In this document: positions 28,065-40,148 of the stretch, in pieces
Layout of the letters: every line of letters begins with the position of its first letter
Numbering within the stretch: the stretch's first letter is position 1
NCBI GenBank assembly: GCA_951406725.2
Contig: OX597821.1
Span: 55,986,001-56,050,000, forward strand
DNA: 64,000 bases
Direction of reading: 5' to 3'
Source: Octopus vulgaris
Taxonomy: Eukaryota
Position numbers and translations under genes: made by a program
Notes under the pieces: model-generated
What the model saw: only the letters and a program-made list of their open reading frames with translations
What the model was told of the DNA's origin: nothing
The model's database searches: none

Positions 28065-28065
<1 letters not shown>
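27890..28065 (+). mobile_element. HHR-bearing pseudo-LTR, family 2, downstream of the PLE
   Basis: ttt-CTGCCGA-a-gagc(cat)gctc-GAAAT-GTT-aaa at 27922-27954; ends ttaac(TA)n. Confidence 0.7.
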
Positions 28066-28097
<32 letters not shown>

Positions 28098-28426
28098 GTA
28101 AGTATATGTACATGTGTGTGCGTGTGTGCGTGCTTGTACATATGCATACTTGCACACACACACAGGGACGCTAAATCCTAATCAATCTTACATGAGATAT
28201 CAACGAATATGAAATAAGTCGGGGAATGAACAAGGAAACTTGTTTCAGAGAGTGGGCTGTGGTACATAAAGTGTGCAGGATTTGTGGTTCTTATAAAATA
28301 GATCTTCTAAATTAGAAGTTGAAGATGATCGTGTGCCGCGAAAGAATAACGCAGTTAAGCACAATAACTCATAATTATATTTAAATTATGGACAGGTTAA
28401 AGATGTAGTACTAATTAAATTAGAAA

Positions 28427-28553
28427 ACCATGGGTCCGGGTTCAGTTCCAATGCACGGCACCTAGAACAAATATCTTATACTATAGCACAAGACCGATGA
28501 AAGCCTTGTCTGTGGAATTGTTGGACGGAAACTGAAAGAAGACCGTCGTATAA

Positions 28554-28585
<32 letters not shown>

Positions 28586-28598
28586 CGTGTGTGTGTGT

Positions 28599-28677
<79 letters not shown>

Positions 28678-28860
28678 TTTGTATTTGTGTTATGTTTGCC
28701 TTCCACCAGTGCCTGATAACCGATGTTGTTGTTATTTTTAGGCTGACGTAACTTAGCTGTTCAGCAAAAGGAAGAGATAATAAGTATCAAACTTTAAAAA
28801 TAAACTTGAAGGCAGTAATCCAGCATGGCCATAGTGCAATGACTGAGAAAAGTTAAAGAT
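28427..28860 (+). mobile_element. SINE family A (degenerate)
   Basis: ccgggttcagttcca...ggaaactgaaagaagaccgtcg..(TG)n..ccgatgttg..ccagcatggcc. Confidence 0.85.
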
Positions 28861-29179
28861 AAATTATGAGATAAACTATAGAATGTAAAATGAAAGAATA
28901 ACAAAAACCGTCCCTTTCATCACAGTTCTACTTTATTTCACTGCCAGAAAATGTTTTCTTTTATCCCTTGTCATCTATTTGTCTAGAAGAGTGTAAATCA
29001 AAGAACAACAGAGGAAGCATTTAATAACATTATATGATCGCACACACACACACACACACACACATGCCATAGATATATCGTTGTAATACAAGTTTTAGTA
29101 GTGCTGGCTGTGTAATGGAATACACAGACACCCCACCTATTGCACTGATAATGTATATAAGATAGATATGTAATATCTT

Positions 29180-29185
29180 TCTATC

Positions 29186-29237
<52 letters not shown>

Positions 29238-29312
29238 ATCTATCTATCTATCATCTATCTATCTATCTATCTATCTATCAATTTATCTATCTATCTATCT
29301 ATCTATCATCTC

Positions 29313-29379
<67 letters not shown>

Positions 29380-29418
29380 CTATCTCTCTATCTATATATC
29401 ATCTATCTATCTACCTAC

Positions 29419-29484
<66 letters not shown>

Positions 29485-29505
29485 ATCTATCTATCTACCT
29501 ACCTA
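29180..29505. repeat. (TATC)n tetranucleotide array
   Basis: Direct reading. Confidence 0.95.
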
Positions 29506-29579
29506 CACACACATACACAAACAAACTAAGCGCATAAATACAAAACAAGGTGGTAAAAATAGTACTTGTAACCACACAT

Positions 29580-29760
29580 GTACTTTTCTTGCCCACTTTT
29601 CCTTCCCTCAGGACCTTTCCTCCCTCCTGTTTTTGACGATGGGCCAATGCTCAAAACATAATGCACCCACTCTTTTTTCCATCTTATACTGAGCTTCAAG
29701 CTAATGCATTCCATGTGTACATATCCTTTAATTTTTGTCTTCATATTTTTAATTTTCGAT
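29580..29760 (+). mobile_element. Decayed HHR pseudo-LTR, family 2
   Basis: TTGACGA-t-gggc(caat)gctc-AAAACATA at 29633-29660 looks like a CpG-decayed form of CTGACGA..gctcGAAACGTA. The pyrimidine-rich flanks and downstream ctgagc..ctaat match the family. Confidence 0.55.
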
Positions 29761-29833
29761 TTCCCTATGTGCGCGTGTGTGTGTGTGTGTGTGTACATAC
29801 ACACATACCCCCCCACACACACATATATAGAAT

Positions 29834-30287
29834 AGGTGCAGGTGTGGCTGCGTGGTAAGAAGCTTGCTTCCTAGCCTCATGATTCCAGGCTCAGTCTCAC
29901 TTCGTGGAACCTTGGTCAAGTGTCTTCTACTATAACCTCGGGTCGACTAAAACTTTGTGAGTGGATTTCGTAGAGGGGAACTGAAAGAAGCCCGTCGTAT
30001 ATGTGCATACACACACACACACACACATGTGTGTGCGTATGTGTTAGTGTGTGTGTGTGTTTGTGAGGTGTGTGTGTGTTTGTGTCTGTGTTTGTCCCTC
30101 CACCGTCGCTTGACATCCGATGTTGGTGTGTTTAGTCCCCGTAACCTAGCGGTTCTGCAAAAGGAGCCAATAGAATGAGTACTAGGCTTGCAAAGAATAA
30201 GTCTTGGGGTCGATTTCTTCGACAGAAGTCCCTTTAAGGCGGTACTACCTCATGGCCACGGTCAAGTGACTGAAACAAATAAAAGAA
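29834..30287 (+). mobile_element. SINE family A
   Basis: Head ggtgcaggtgtggctgcgtggtaagaagcttgc through tail gactgaaacaaataaaagaata. Confidence 0.9.
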
Positions 30288-30298
30288 TAGTAGAATCT

Positions 30299-30333
<35 letters not shown>

Positions 30334-30939
30334 TATGCGAATACGCTCTCTTTAAGATATCATGACTTACATTGGTTTCATATATTTCTATAATGTATAT
30401 GCGTTAGTATACACATGTGGTTACGCACGTGGAAAGAATGCTGGCAAGACATGCGACATGAATGAAGCTTGAATATCAATAATGGAAAACGAAAAGTAGA
30501 GCTATAAGAGGAAATGCAATTGTGTTAAAAGAACGTGTATTTTTAATACATTTATTATTCGTTAATATACACCATATCATCGTAAATACCGTTATCCTAT
30601 TTACGTTTGTGTGTAGTAAAAAACTGAGCCCACCTCACTCACATTATTGTCACTCTTTTGAACCAAACCTAACGAAAGAAGTATACTCTTTGTTTATATA
30701 TAATATGCAGTTATATAATTATTGCTGCATACAAAATGAGAATGAAGCAAAGGAAGCTGATATGTAGCTATATAATTGCAGTGTCATCATAGTATTACTT
30801 TTGTTAAAGCAATGAGCATCCATACACAAATATGCACCACGAATTTGCTTCCAGAAAAGCAGATAAATTTTAATGATATTTTTCGACAAATACGTTTTAT
30901 ATATCAGTCTTGTTGCGAAAAAAAAAAAAATTAGTGTGT

Positions 30940-32870
30940 GAGTGAAGAGTGGGTGTTTTAGAAAATTCACCCGAGTTAGCTTCATTTCTTTATAACTTTC
31001 GGGAAAATGAGTATTTTTAAGTGTGTAAATTACGATTATATAAGAATTTGGTATGAAACGCACACACACATACAGACACATTTCATAATTTTTTTTTTTT
31101 TTCGAAATTTCCAGTTTCATTTTGTCCCCGTAATATCATGTAATATCATCAATTTTTTTTTCTTTCGTATTAAATTCCGATATAATCTTAACTTCCAGAA
31201 AAGTGGATATCTTTTAATGAAATTTTTTGAAATATGCTTCAGATTATGTGGATTTCTATAACATCTGAATTTGTTGTCAAAAAATGATTTTCGGAGAAGT
31301 GGGGAGAGGAGCTACAGAAAATTCACACGTGTCGACTCTGTTTCTTCATAACTTGGGAAAATGGGTATTTTTAAATGAAAATTTCAACAAATAGCTTTCA
31401 GTGTGTGCAGATTACGAATGTGTCGGAAATTAATTTGAAAATGAAAGCTGGTGGTATAACACACATACATACTGATACACATCACATATTTTGTTTCTAA
31501 AACTTTATTCCAAAAATTCCTATATAATTGGAATTTACACCATTTGAAGCGCTATTTATAGAGAAATTAATTAAAAAAATAACCATTATCCTGAATGCTA
31601 AGAAAGAAAATCTTTGTGGCACCTATGTGTAGGTATGCTGCAGCTAACTCCTGTCGGTTATTGTTTATCATTGTGCATGCACAACCGGAAGTCTATTGTA
31701 AATATATTTCTTAAAATTATAAGCGTAGATACGTGTTTCGTGTCCAACTTCTCTCTCTCTCCCTCTTTGTTGTCCCTTGTTTTCTCTCCCTCTCCTCTCC
31801 CACTCCACTTTAATTTATACCTCCACCCTTTCTTTCTCTGATCAAGGTTATCATTTCTCTCTTCCCTCTCTTTCTTCCACTCAACTATCATCACCCCTTC
31901 TCTCTCTATCACACTTTTAAAATCCTATGCACTACTGTCCTCTCTCTCTCTCTGCCGTATATTGTTTAGCAGTAGCGGGGGTGGGCGTTGAACGATGCGG
32001 TTGTTTACCCCAGTTCCGCTCTCACGTGATGGAGCTCACTTATGGTACAAAGCATTCCATCCGTGCCCGTCTCTACTTTTATCTGTGTATGTTGGATTAT
32101 GTAGTTCTTAGATTTGAGGGAAATTAAGATGCTATTTCTATAAGGTCTAGATACCATCTAGAGGTCTTGTTGGCGCATACATACATACATACATACATAC
32201 ATACATACATACATACATACATGCATACATACATACGTTTGTACGTACATATATACATGCATACATGTGTATGTGTGTGTGTGTAAGGTAATGGACATGC
32301 ATACACAGATGCGCCCCATCGATTTTGTTTACTCATAACTTTCAGAAAAATGGATATTTTGTAAATGAAATTTTTTACAAATTCGCTTCAGATGGTATAG
32401 ATTCTGATTACATCTGAATTTGTTCTGAAAAAGATTTTTCGGGTGAGTGGAGCGAAGAACTTCAGAAAATTCACACGATTAGACTTTGTTTCCTTATAAC
32501 TTTCGGAAAGATGGGTATTTTTAAATGGAAATTCTGACAAATAGCTTTTAGAATATGAAGTTTACTACGAAATTGGAATTTAAAAAAAAAATGACGGTAT
32601 AGCACACATACATACTCACACACATCACATATTTTTTCGAAAAATTTATTTCACAAAAAATATTGACATAAGTAGAATCTACACCATCTGAAGATTATTT
32701 ATAGAAAATTTCATTTAAAATATCTATTTTTCTGAAAGCTATGAAGAAATAAATTCTTTGGGGTAGGTATGTTGCAGCTAACTCCTGCTGGTTATTTTAT
32801 GCCATTGTGCATGCGTTACCCGAATCCCGCAGTAAGCATGTATTTTTTTAAAATATTATAAGCGTAGACG
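30940..32870. repeat. Two direct copies (~31180-31740 and ~32335-32870) of an element with internal subrepeats; probable non-autonomous DNA transposon
   Basis: Shared blocks ataactt(t)c(a/g)gaaaa..tggatat, cagaaaattcacacg, gctgcagctaactcctg..ggttatt..cattgtgcatgc and ttataagcgtaga. A partial third copy lies at 30940-31030. Confidence 0.7.
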
Positions 32871-33164
32871 AGTGTGTATGTGTGTGTGTATGTGTGTGCG
32901 TGTGTGTTAATGAGTCTGTATATACCTCAATTAAGAAAAAACTCCCAGCCAGCGTTACCCAGTTAAATAAATCAACTGTTACAACATGCATAGGTGTGAC
33001 GTCCGTCGATGGAATGTTCAGCTAACGAAGCATAAGTATGATAATTTTCCGTATCAGACGTTTAAACCGCATCGCCCGTCGCGCACAATAGGCGCGTCCT
33101 GCTGTGGTTGTGACTTTGGCCAGTGTTCAAAAATCAGTAACGAAATAATCGAACTCAAAATCTA

Positions 33165-33401
33165 ACCTTTTGAAATGTACCACATATTTAAACACGAATG
33201 TCAGAACATTACACTCCTTAAGTCAGTTACCAAAACCCACTGGATCTGCCGCCCACCAAAATATCGGTATAATTTGTATACAAGAACACCGTTTTCATCA
33301 CAGCGATCTCGAACTAAAATATGACGATGCTGGAAATGGGTGGACCTTTATCTCTACACCGCATCTCTGATGAAGAGGGGGTTGTCAGTTTCTATCAGGA
33401 A

Positions 33402-33476
<75 letters not shown>

Positions 33477-34880
33477 TTACACACCATATCATAATGTACT
33501 ACTTCTGGGAGGAGATATGAATGCTCACTTCGCAAAGGATAAACACAAATACTGTTCCCATGAAACAACAAATCAAAATGTAGAAAATCTGAATTCATAT
33601 TTGTAAATAGTTTCATCTGTCTTAACTCAAGGTATCACCGTAGGCTAGCGGTGGACCTTCACATACCCAAATGGTACAAAGGCACAATAGACCACATACT
33701 AATTAACGAAAGTGGACAAATAGTACCAAGAACTGTATGTCACTTGAAACGTTTCATGTTTCTTCTGACTACAGGACAGTATCAGCTAAAATTCGCCTCA
33801 GTCTAAGATCAAGCAAAAAACCTGAAACCAAACGTAACTGCTGCGACTGGTCGTCTCTAGCAAATCCTGATATACGATCAATTTGAAATTAAATTACAGA
33901 TACGAAGCCCTGTAAAATACTTCTGTAACCGCCCCCCTCCAATGATGAGTATGAAAATTTTCAGTGCAAGCAACAAATTAGGGCATCCCTCTGAAACCAA
34001 GAGTTAAACATAGAGTTCCCTGGGAACTGCAGTTGTTACCGAAAAGCGAAAAGCGCAGAAAGATTTTTAAACGAAAAAGAACAAACCTAAAACAGTTCAC
34101 TGAAGCACGGAAGGAATTATTAGCCAAAGAATATCAAAAAGTGCAAGAGCTTCGACAACATATGTTTCTATTGGCAATAAATGATCATCTGTGGCATGGA
34201 AAATTGTAAACGAAGTAAACAGAAGAAAGGACTTCTCAATATCCATACTGAAAGCAGCAAGTTAAGTTAAACGACTCAAACTATGGGGAGAGCACTGTAA
34301 AACCTACTTAGTAAACCACCTGAAATTACCAGCTTTGTGATTAGAAAGATAATTCATCACCAACTCAACAACAACAACTTGGGGAGTTTTCTATGAGGGA
34401 AATGGAAGCAGGTATAAAATCTTTGAAGACCATAAAAGCAGCTGGTTTGGATGAAATCTCACCTGAGTTTGGAAAATAAGGATATTTGTTGACATTGTTC
34501 TTCGACGTTAATTTTATGTACCGTCAAAACCGTACAGAGAAATGGAGTAAAGGATGCATCTTCCTGTTTCCAAAGAAGCAAGATCTCAGTGTTACCAAAA
34601 AACCAAAGGAGAGATTGTCTCAATACCATATCTGTCGAAGTTTACGATGCCATTCTATTCAATCGTATCCGACGAGAGATCGATAAACGCCTTAAAGTAA
34701 AACCAAAATGACTTTCGGAGACATATATCAACATTCGCTCAGAGGGACATTCATGCGAGGAACCTGAACGCAGTCCTCGTGTTTGTTAACTTTTCTAGAG
34801 CCTTTAACTCAATACACAAAGGGAAAAAGATACTTCTTGCATACGTTATATCAAACACTGTCAATGCTACCATGATGTTG
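33165..34880 (+). mobile_element. Degenerate RTE-type LINE (APE + RT N-terminal half)
   Basis: NVRTL, IICIQEHR, LGGDMNAH, WTFTYPNGTKAQ.DHILIN, SSDYRTVSAKIRLSLR, KAAGLDEISPE, WSKGCI.LFPKK.DLS, LFNRIR, QNDFR and FVNFSRAFNSI. Many stops; interrupted by (CT)n and by a mariner. Confidence 0.85.
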
Positions 34881-35500
34881 TACGCCCAAAAGTAATCGGA
34901 AGCTTTCTCTGTGGGACAAGCCCGTTGTAGTTCAGGCTTCCGCCGCTAGAAACCACTCGATGCAACACCCAGACATCATTCTGCCGAGTGCTGCCATGTT
35001 GTGCGTCTTTGTTTTACAGTGTTTCTCCCCTGTTCATCGACTTTTGCGATGGCAAGAACAGTGTGCTTCCGTGAAATTCTGTTTTCTGCTGGGGAAGACG
35101 GCGGCCAAAAGAGTTGTCATACTTCAAGCAGCTTACAAGGCCACTGCCACGAGAAAATCACATGTTTACAAATGGTTTTTACGCTTTAGGAATGATCACT
35201 TGTCGCTTGAGGACCAGTCTCGTTCAGGGCACCCGTCGACCTCCCGAACGAATGAAAACTTCATGAAAACTTTATGATCTGATCTTGGGAGACTATCACC
35301 GAACAATTGACGAACTTGTTGATATGACTGGTGTGTCCTGAAGCTCCTGCTAACAAATATTGAACGAGGAATTGAGAATGAAAAGAGTCGTAGCAATGTT
35401 TGTGCCTCGCTTGCTCACGGAAAATCGAAAGCAGTCGCGTCTGAATCGTGAACTGAAAGAACAGTTGGAAGTTGATCCGGACCTTTATTCAAAAGTTATC
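34881..35500 (+). mobile_element. Mariner transposase 5' fragment (HTH region)
   Basis: EQCASVKFCFLLGKTA..LQAAY..VYKWF.RFRN..SLEDQSRSGHPST and EELRMKRVVAMFVPRLLT; starts at a TA. Confidence 0.88.
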
Positions 35501-35574
35501 CTTCCTTTCTGTCTTCTTTCTTTCTCTCTCTCTCTCTCTCTTTATATATATATATATATATATATTGTGCCCCG

Positions 35575-35972
35575 GTAGGGTCATTGCGCCAATAATAATA
35601 ACACACCACTGGTTCAATACCATTTCTTTATTGTTAGTCACCTGCTTATTTAACTGACTAACTAATCGATTGTTTGTTTAATGTGATGTCTAAGCAATTA
35701 TTCGTTGTTTGTTAGTCAAAATCTTTTCGACGTTATTCGTGACTTCTTCAATCACATGCTCTATCTCTTTTACTCTTTTACTTGTTTCAGTCATTTGACT
35801 GCCACCATGCTGGAGCACCGCCTTTAGTCGAGCAAATCGACCCCAGGACTTATTCTTTGTAAGCCTAGTACTTATTCTATCGGTCTCTTTTACCGAACTT
35901 CTAAGTTACGGGGATGTAAACACACCACCATCGGTTGTCAAGCGATGTTGAAGGGGGACAAACACAGACACA

Positions 35973-36005
<33 letters not shown>

Positions 36006-36012
36006 CAACACA

Positions 36013-36104
<92 letters not shown>

Positions 36105-37506
36105 TATATATGACGCGCTTCTTTCAGTTTCCGTCTACCAAATCCACTCACAAGGCTTTGGCCGGCTCGAGGCTATAGTAGAAGACACTTGCCCAAGGTG
36201 CCACGCAGTGGGAATGAACCCGGAACCATGTGGTTGGTAAGCAAGCTACTTACTACACAGCCACTCCTGCGCCTCTTCAAATATTCATCCTGAGTCTGTC
36301 CGAGAATTTGTCTTATGTATGAGTGCATGTAGATGTGTGCTTGCTTACAGGAGAAGATAAAGGTGAGAGTAAACGAACAGTTTGTGTGTGTGTGCGCACT
36401 TGCGTGCGTGTGTGTGTTTGTTCAGATGTACACCCTCGTAACTGCCTGTATGTGAGTTTGTGTGTGCATTAGCCATCAGTGATCTGTTTATGAGTTATGC
36501 CTTTGGTTCAAAGACAGTTCAGTCTCAGATCTGCAGGGGTTCGCTTGTCGTCCCGTAAAGATTTATCAGTGTAGTTATTTACGTGCAGAAAGAGGAGCGG
36601 GAGACGAGAACCGAATAGGTGTGTGTGAGCATCTGCGCCCGCGTGCGTGAGTGTAGTCTTGGGTGCGTGTTTGTGTGATTGAGTCAGTTCTGTAAGTTCG
36701 TTTGAGCCCATACACGCGCGTGTGTGAATATGTGAGTGTTTGCTTATGTGTATGCATTCCAATATGCGTGTGTGTGTGTGTGTGTGCGTTCCTGCGTGTA
36801 CGTGCTGTGCGATGGTTTGTTAAAGAGGTAAACATCCGTATGTTTGCGCGTGTGCGTTCTTCCGTGTGTGTATGTATTCCTGCCTACGTGTGTGTGTGTG
36901 TGTGTGTATGGTGAGTACTTGAGCATGTCTGTATGTGTACTTGTGTATGTGTGGTATGTGTATGTGTGTGTGTGTGTATTGTTGTGCGCTCTTCTGTTCG
37001 TGTTCTTGTGTGCATTTACGCCTTCGTGTGTGTTTGTGCGTGACCACCCGCATGTGCCCGTCCGCGCGTGCATAATCTGCGCCTGCACGTTCGCGCGTGT
37101 GCGTATATGTGTATGGTTGTGCAATGGGATTGTTCATAACTACATGTATTTATTTGTATGGCTTTTTTGTATCCTTCTATCATTCTAATCCTACCCTACC
37201 TGTACACACCTACACCTGCATGCCTGCATGTGAGTGAGTGCGTGTGTGGATGTGTGTGGTTATGAATTGGAGTTGTACATATTTACATATATTTATATAT
37301 TTATACGGATTTCCATGGATCCTGCTGTTGTTCTAAACCTACCATTTATATATCTGCAGATCTGTGACCGAACTGACCTGGAACAAAATACCGAACCTTT
37401 AAAGAGGTCACGGATGGCTAAAGCACTCACACGCATAAACACACAAACACAACTACAGGCAGCCACGCGGATGTACACACAACACATACACACACATACA
37501 CACACA

Positions 37507-37543
<37 letters not shown>

Positions 37544-37872
37544 ACACACACACACACACACGCACACACAAACATACACACACACACTAACTCTTCGTTT
37601 ACTTTCAACCTTACAAGCTCTTGTAAGCAAAACATCTAGAGCACATTCGGACACCTTAGGGCAAACCTTTAAAAGAGAAAACGTGTCACTGAAGAGGTCG
37701 CGAATAGCGTTGAAATGACTTTCATTAACAAACAACCGATTGATTGTTTAAGCAGTATATTAAACAAACGGCCGATTACAGAGTTGGTTAGGTATTGAAG
37801 CAATTGACTAACAATAAAAAAGTGACATTGAACCATTGCATGTGTTGTTATTATTGGCGTAATGACCGTCCC
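35575..37872. repeat. Inverted pair of a ~500 bp element (35575-36537 minus, interrupted by SINE A; 37352-37872 plus), each with an HHR-like motif
   Basis: ggtcattgcgccaataataa..tggttcaat..ttattgttagtca..ttgtttgttagtcaaaatcttttcgacgttattcgtgacttcttca matches the reverse complement of 37684-37872. 36330-36537 matches the reverse complement of 37352-37640. Confidence 0.75.
35763..36273 (-). mobile_element. SINE family A, full length
   Basis: Tail ctcttttactcttttacttgtttcagtc through head cacagccactcctgcgcc. Confidence 0.93.
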
Positions 37873-38021
37873 AAGATGCAACAAAATTTGTTTCAACACA
37901 AGAATTTGCATCAAGATTCTTGCAAACCAAATACAAGAACGAAGTACGCGCGCCCATGCGCGTGCAAATATTTGTACATACATGTTTGACTGATTTCTGA
38001 CAAAAGAACTGATACATATAG

Positions 38022-38139
<118 letters not shown>

Positions 38140-38669
38140 CTGCAGTTACGATAAAGTGGAGGATATAAGTGGGAGAGCAGATAATGAAAAATAAATAAAG
38201 ATCAATGGTTCGGATGATAGGACAGATACCATTAATTACAACAGCAGCAGCAACCATAGAAATAAAGATTCCTTAAGTTGGTAGAAAGCCACAAATTAGT
38301 AGGTTAATTGTACAGTTAATTGAACTGACATCTGTATATGAATGGGTGAGAAATCACTCATGGTAAGCAAGCAATCACAACACTGCAAGAATGGATAATG
38401 GCTGAAAGATGATTTATTAGCTGACAGCGAGTAAATTCGGCTCTTCTCTGAAATTGTAGATAAACTCGCAATGTCATGACCACCACTCGGGAGTAGCCTG
38501 AAAAATCAACCATTCCAGGTGTTTGGGTGAAGGTATTAAGGTTTTCTGTAGTTGGAAAATGTATTTTTGTTCGTGTTGTTGGTATCTGAGCGCATGTATG
38601 TATGTGCATGTGCATATGCACGCGCCTGCGTTAAGCTATGCAATTTTTTAAATGTAATTGTAGTTTTTA

Positions 38670-38670
<1 letters not shown>

Positions 38671-38726
<56 letters not shown>

Positions 38727-38962
38727 TGTGTACAGTGCTCAGGTGCACTACAACTCATCTAAAGTGTATATATAATCAGGTGTAGTTTCGGCGGATTTCG
38801 GAAAGCATGAGGGCCTTAAAGGATGCAGTGTCATGGCAGTCAACAACTGATGCAGGCAGTTTATTCCATGCTTCAGCAACTCTGAGCGTGAAAAAATGTT
38901 TCCGAAAGTCATGGGAGCTGTGTTGTTTTCTGATTTTGTAGGCATGTCCACGTGTGTTAGAC
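38671..38962 (-). mobile_element. CR1-type LINE 3' end with (ATT)n tail
   Basis: TRGHAYKIRKQ....RKHFFTLRVAEAWNKLPASVV....SFK, followed by a short 3'UTR and an ATT repeat tail. Confidence 0.88.
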
Positions 38963-39752
38963 ACATGGAGATCCTTGGTTAATTATTTGCAACTGGCCAC
39001 TGTATTTCTAATAGTGAGAAGAAATGTAGAGTGCTGGGCAACACGAGTGCGATATCTTGAAGCATTTCGTCTAAGAATTACCAGTTTGTAGGTTTCCTCG
39101 CCGAGATATATCTTCCACCGATACACACACGCATAGGCACACAGAGTTTGCATCTGCCAAATTTCATGTATTCAGTTTAGGTAGACCCCAAAGTATAAGA
39201 GATGCTTTACGCAGTGTGCTGGACGATGAGAACGAGCCTGTATCACGTTGCTGTAAGGTGAACATCTTAACACAAACATGCTTTCGATCAAGTAATAAAT
39301 TATGTTAGGGAGCTGTTTCCCATTTTGATGTGGTGGCTATGTTTAATGGGAAATATTGTTTAGAATCATTTAATATCAATGCAATTTTTAGTTGGGATGG
39401 TATTGTGTTAGCTTGTTTATTGATATTATTAAGTTTGTATCATCATATGTTGTATGCATAGATATCACTTACAATGGTAATCTGTTAATATTTAGCTAAA
39501 ATAATTGAAGCGTGCAATCTGCTGGAACTGTGGATGAAGTGAGTGATGGAATATACAAAATCACTGCATACAGACTCATATATGTAAACATACATACATA
39601 GATGGAGAAGGAGAGATAGAGAGACAAGGAGTGGGGAGAGAAGAAAGAGAGAAGGAAGGAGCCAGAAAGCGAGAAAGAAGGAGAGAGGATGGAAGAGAGA
39701 AAGAGAGAAGAAGGGAGAGAGATGTGCGTAGTTGTATTGATATACTGATAAG

Positions 39753-40148
39753 TCGGCGAGCGGGCAGAAACGTTAGGCACGCCGTGCGAAATGCTTAGCG
39801 GTTTTTCGTCTGCCGTTACGTTCTGAGTTCAAATTCCGCCGAGGTCGACTTTGCCTTTCATCCTTTCGGGTCGATTAAATAAGTACCAGTTACGCACTGG
39901 GGTCGGTATAATCGACTTAATCCGTTTGTCTGTCCTTGTTTGTCCTCTCTGTGTTTAGCCCCTTGTGGGTAGTAAAGAAATAGATATTTCGCCTGTCTTT
40001 ATGTTCTGAGTTCAAATTCCGCCGAGGTTCACCTTGCCTTTCATCCTTTCGGACTCGATAAATCAAGTACCAGTTGCGTGCTGGAGTCGATCTAATTGAC
40101 TGGCACCCTCCCCAAAATTTCGAGCCTTGTGGCCAGAGTAGAGAGGAA
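39753..40148 (+). mobile_element. SINE family B dimer
   Basis: Two cores gcctttcatcctttcgg, near 39852 and 40035, joined via aaagaaatagatatttcg. Confidence 0.9.

Noticed and set aside
33060-33125. GC-rich segment upstream of the RTE LINE as an HDV-like ribozyme
   Set aside because: I could not build the nested double pseudoknot by eye.
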